Source: Elusimicrobiota bacterium (GTDB taxonomy: Bacteria; Elusimicrobiota; Elusimicrobia; Elusimicrobiales; UBA9959). From it: a stretch of DNA of 48,406 bases. Where the stretch lies: positions 1 to 48,406 of the forward strand of contig JBAXKK010000008.1 in the NCBI GenBank assembly GCA_037137395.1, read 5' to 3'. The translations under genes were made by a program, and so were the position numbers. The notes below the pieces were generated by a model, which worked only from the letters and a program-made list of their open reading frames with translations, was not told the origin of the DNA and did not search any database. Of the stretch, positions 45,454 to 48,406 are shown piece after piece (position 1 is the stretch's first letter; every line of letters starts with the position of its first letter).

Positions 45454-46122
45454 CTAACCGCCTCTTCTGACTTTCCCTTTCTGATAATTAATCTGCGTAT
45501 CAACCAGTTTTTTAAAAACGACCATCAGGGTTTCGCTTTGCGCGTTAAGGTTTTCATAGCCGGCTTCTTGGGCCTCTTCGCATAAATAGCGGATGGCCTC
45601 TATGGTAGAAACACAGTGTTCCCTGGGCTGTTTTTTAATTGTAAATTGGGAGATATAACTGCGGGAAAAAGAGATTCGGGGTAAGGCGCGAATGTTTTGG
45701 CTTTTGCCTAAAAGTCTCTTGGCGCAAGCCCATGTCCCGTCAATAACAAAAATCAGAAGCGTTTTTTCTTCAGATTTGAGGATATTATTCCCCAGGGTTT
45801 TAAAATTTACGGCTTTAGGCCCGGGGTACAAGACAAAAGGGTTATAGGAGGGATCCTGTATCAGAGAATTCACCCTTTCATTACGCGTAAAATCAGTCCC
45901 TATTAATAGTTCCGCGTTCTTTAAACATAATTTTGCAAGCCGGGCTGTCCCTGTTTTTTGTCTCCGGGCCTCTTTGTCGTGCATAAGGATCACAAAACGC
46001 ATCCTTGTAGAGAAAGGTTTTATGCTATCACACAAACAATTCTTTTTTGCCCTATAGCAGGCATAGCACTCCTCGCGGTTCTCGTTTCGCGCATCTTTTG
46101 AAAAATCAGTTTTTTTAACCAT
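45454..46122 (-). CDS. DTW-domain tRNA-uridine aminocarboxypropyltransferase (TapT-like)
   Basis: C..C.R...CLC, H.KE, TGT.RL, VLYPG, IDGTW..AK, STIEA. Confidence 0.9.
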   Translation of the reverse strand: MVKKTDFSKDARNENREECYACYRAKKNCLCDSIKPFSTRMRFVILMHDKEARRQKTGTARLAKLCLKNAELLIGTDFTRNERVNSLIQDPSYNPFVLYPGPKAVNFKTLGNNILKSEEKTLLIFVIDGTWACAKRLLGKSQNIRALPRISFSRSYISQFTIKKQPREHCVSTIEAIRYLCEEAQEAGYENLNAQSETLMVVFKKLVDTQINYQKGKVRRGG

Positions 46123-46194
46123 GAAACCATACCAGCAAGAGCTATATGAACGCTAAAAGACACCCGGCATATTTCCCACCCTATTGCCCGCATA

Positions 46195-46731
46195 TCACAC
46201 TACCCCGTGAAACTCCGGCGGATACTCAATTTCGCCATGGACTCCGCTCAAGGCCCCGGGAACCAGTTCAAGCACCATAAAAACCTCGTCCGGGGCTTCG
46301 AACGGCAACTTAAAGCCTTTTTCTCCGGCTTTAACAAAACCGAAGCGCGGGTAATACTCCTGATGACCCACAACTACAACTATTTTATGTCCTAATTTCC
46401 TGCACTCCTCCAATCCGTGTTTCACCAGCCCGGTACCTATCCCCTGGTTTTGATATTCAGGCAGAACGGACATTGGCGCTAGCGCCAGGGCCGATGTAAC
46501 ATTGTTCTGCCCTTTAATTTTGATCCGGGAAAAAAGAATATGCCCGATGACCTTCCCCTCTTTTTCCGCCACCAATGAAAGGGCGGGTATAAAATCGGAT
46601 GAGTAGCGAAGAGCGTCCACCAACATCGACTCGCTATTTCCCTTAAAAACCCTTTTATTCAGTTTGCGAACCGCCTTTAAATCCCCATGCGCCTCAGATC
46701 GAATAACAACAGAACCGGTTTTATCTTCCAT
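46195..46731 (-). CDS. GNAT N-acetyltransferase (YhbS-like)
   Basis: LSLVAE, GHILFS, LAP.SV.PEYQ.QGIG, VVGH..YYPRFGF. Confidence 0.9.
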   Translation of the reverse strand: MEDKTGSVVIRSEAHGDLKAVRKLNKRVFKGNSESMLVDALRYSSDFIPALSLVAEKEGKVIGHILFSRIKIKGQNNVTSALALAPMSVLPEYQNQGIGTGLVKHGLEECRKLGHKIVVVVGHQEYYPRFGFVKAGEKGFKLPFEAPDEVFMVLELVPGALSGVHGEIEYPPEFHGVV

Positions 46732-46795
46732 ATTAAAAATTCCTTTATTAGTATCTATCCCAAAAAGTCTCCTGTTGCCTTTCCCCTTTTCCCTA

Positions 46796-47035
46796 CTATT
46801 TTACGCGGCGGCCGCAGCACCGCTCATAAGCGTGCCCGCTGCCGCAGGAGCACCTTGCATTCTTCCCGGGCTTCTCCATCACCCGGAAATAAGTACCGGT
46901 CCGGTCCTTAGCCCTAAACCAAAGCGAGCTTCGGCATTTCGGACAATCCACGGTTCCTTTGTCCCTGTCGATCACCGGTTCCAACCCCGCGCCGCACAAA
47001 GGGCATTTATTAAGACTTTCTTCAATTTTATCCAT
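46796..47035 (-). CDS. Small Zn-ribbon plus SEC-C motif protein
   Basis: CPLC...CPKC and NARCSCGSGHAYERCCG. Confidence 0.8.
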   Translation of the reverse strand: MDKIEESLNKCPLCGAGLEPVIDRDKGTVDCPKCRSSLWFRAKDRTGTYFRVMEKPGKNARCSCGSGHAYERCCGRRVK

Positions 47036-47174
47036 GATTTTTCCGCGCTAGTATTAAGGTCAGATTCTTATTTCTAGCAATTCATTCTTGAGGGCAACAA
47101 CTCTTAGCAATTCGAAAACGCAATACTCAATTCCGTGTAATATATATCATGTCCCCGGAATTACAGATTCATTA

Positions 47175-47576
47175 TCATCGCAGTTCAAATTCCACTTTTA
47201 TGTCCGGGTGGAGGCTTCTGTGCACCGGGCAGGCTTTTATACACTCCATCAACTTCTTCCTTTCGGGTTCCGGAAGACCGGCCGGAAAGGTGATGACGCC
47301 GATGAACGCGGCCACGCGCCTGGGATTTTCATGCATCCGTTTCTCTACCTCAATCGAAGCACCCTTAAAATCAACCCCGTCGCGCTCCGCGACCTTGGCC
47401 ATAATGGTAAGGATGCACGACGCCAGCGAACAAGCGAAAAGGTCCGTCGGCGAAAAGGTCCGGCCCTTCCCCCCGTTATCGACCGGCAAATCGGTGACGA
47501 ACCTATTCCCGCTAGGCCCATGAGTAAGATCCACCTGCTGGTCTCCCGCGTACACCGCGCCTATTTTAACTCCCAT
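47175..47576 (-). CDS. OsmC family protein
   Basis: TDLP.DNGG.G..FSPTDL...LASC, ACPVHRSLHPDI; GAGGTG RBS. Confidence 0.92.
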   Translation of the reverse strand: MGVKIGAVYAGDQQVDLTHGPSGNRFVTDLPVDNGGKGRTFSPTDLFACSLASCILTIMAKVAERDGVDFKGASIEVEKRMHENPRRVAAFIGVITFPAGLPEPERKKLMECIKACPVHRSLHPDIKVEFELR

Positions 47577-47746
47577 ATGTCACCTCTCAAAAAAACAATT
47601 TAAATATTTACGAATCTCTCTATCCCAACTTAAACATTCTAGCAAATGGGTGCTTATATAACCCTAGCGGCGACCGCTGGGTGGGTAATTAGGCCGTATC
47701 ATCAAATGGGCGGGGAATTATCAATATAATTCAATTGCAGAGAAGT

Positions 47747-47880
47747 TGCCGGCGGGTATCGCTGGAGGGGTGACTGGCATGGGTAGGATCGGGCCGAGGA
47801 GGAACCGGCGCGAAGTCGCCGGGCCCCGAGGCCTGATGGGCCCCATGCCTGGCAGGACCCCGCACTGGCAGCCGCCGGCA
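47747..47880 (+). ncRNA. Candidate rod-like structured RNA (family unknown)
   Basis: Nested stems TGCCGGCGG/CCGCCGGCA, GGGGT/ACCCC, GGCATGGG/CCCATGCC, ATCGGGCC/GGCCTGAT, CCGGCG/CGCCGG; TATAAT at 47725-47730. Confidence 0.55.
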
Positions 47881-47898
47881 TAAATAACCCAGTATCCG

Positions 47899-48402
47899 CT
47901 ACTTCTCTGGTTTGAAGCCGGGGACTTTTTTAAGGCCGGCGTCGGAATTCTCCGGCGGAGCCATCAGTAACTTTATGGCGTCAAAGACACTCGAAAACTG
48001 CGCGTCGTATTTATTTTCCAATTCCTCCAGTTTACATGCCAAATCTTTATGAGTATTAAGGAGTTGCCGTAACTTAACAAATGCCCGCATTATTTGTATG
48101 TTCACCAGTCTGGCGCGTTTACTCTTAAGAACACTTGAAAGCATTCCAACGCCTTGCTCCATAAAAACCCGCGGCAGATACTTAGAATGCCCGCCTCTCT
48201 TTAAGATGCCAAATTGGCATCTTAAAGATTTATACTCTTCCACTGAAAGCTGAAACATAAAGTCTGGTGGAAAACTATCCATATTTCTAACAACAGCTCT
48301 GTTGAGATGCCCTGTAGTTACATCGTATAATTCAGCCAAATCGCTATCGAACATAACCCGATGCCCGCGTATTAACAATATCTTCCCCTCTATAACTTCC
48401 AA
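47899..48402 (-). CDS. ORF6N (KilA-N-like) domain protein; true start probably beyond the window
   Basis: IRGHRVM.DSDLAELY.V.T..LN.AV.RN, FP.DFMFQL, EQGV.MLSSVL.S.RA..VNI.IMRAFV. Confidence 0.9.
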   Translation of the reverse strand: MEVIEGKILLIRGHRVMFDSDLAELYDVTTGHLNRAVVRNMDSFPPDFMFQLSVEEYKSLRCQFGILKRGGHSKYLPRVFMEQGVGMLSSVLKSKRARLVNIQIMRAFVKLRQLLNTHKDLACKLEELENKYDAQFSSVFDAIKLLMAPPENSDAGLKKVPGFKPEK

Positions 48403-48406
48403 AGGA

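Noticed and set aside
41517..46122. mnmA, tcdA and the DTW gene as a dedicated tRNA-modification operon
   Set aside because: They are interspersed with unrelated genes and terminators, so loose clustering explains the arrangement.
47747..47880. SRP RNA or an HDV-like ribozyme (CCTCCTCG on the minus strand)
   Set aside because: The SRP domain IV motifs are absent, and the P1/P1.1/P2 pairings needed for an HDV fold could not be built.
47899..48406. ORF6N gene as the edge of a prophage
   Set aside because: ORF6N genes often stand alone, and no other phage gene or integrase is in the window.

Overview
Bacterial chromosomal backbone, moderately GC-rich and diderm-like; it resembles Elusimicrobiota, but that is an impression and not a database result. 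The window opens in the structured leader of a probable rRNA operon (minus-strand TTGACA-17-TATACT promoter plus boxA). It then contains recQ, an AddA/RecB-type helicase-nuclease, rmuC, a polysaccharide deacetylase, a HEPN-MNT pair, a six-gene flavinylation operon, an SDR/DUF2867 protein, an AAA ATPase, tRNA-Arg(CCG), alaS, tilS, a GH13-CBM20 amylase, sppA, a trypsin-like protease, tmRNA, mfd, alr, PBP1A, two PPIases, pdxA, ddl, mnmA, tcdA and several small genes. Four signals stand out. (1) A shared promoter element, CCGACA-N6-TGTCGG-N10-(-10 box), matches the PafBC/WYL DNA-damage promoter architecture and precedes recQ, rmuC-addA and an unknown 98-aa gene. (2) A Listeria-EET-like flavinylation locus appears in a diderm form, with a porin, an HxH membrane protein and an EetB(Gx)-EcfT fusion lacking the ATPase-coupling motifs. 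(3) Inverted 7-/8-mer microsatellite arrays lie at gene junctions and in frame inside mfd and addA, and one lies next to a four-helix-bundle gene remnant. (4) An unannotated rod-shaped RNA candidate of about 134 nt lies near the right end. No CRISPR array, integrase or transposase was seen.
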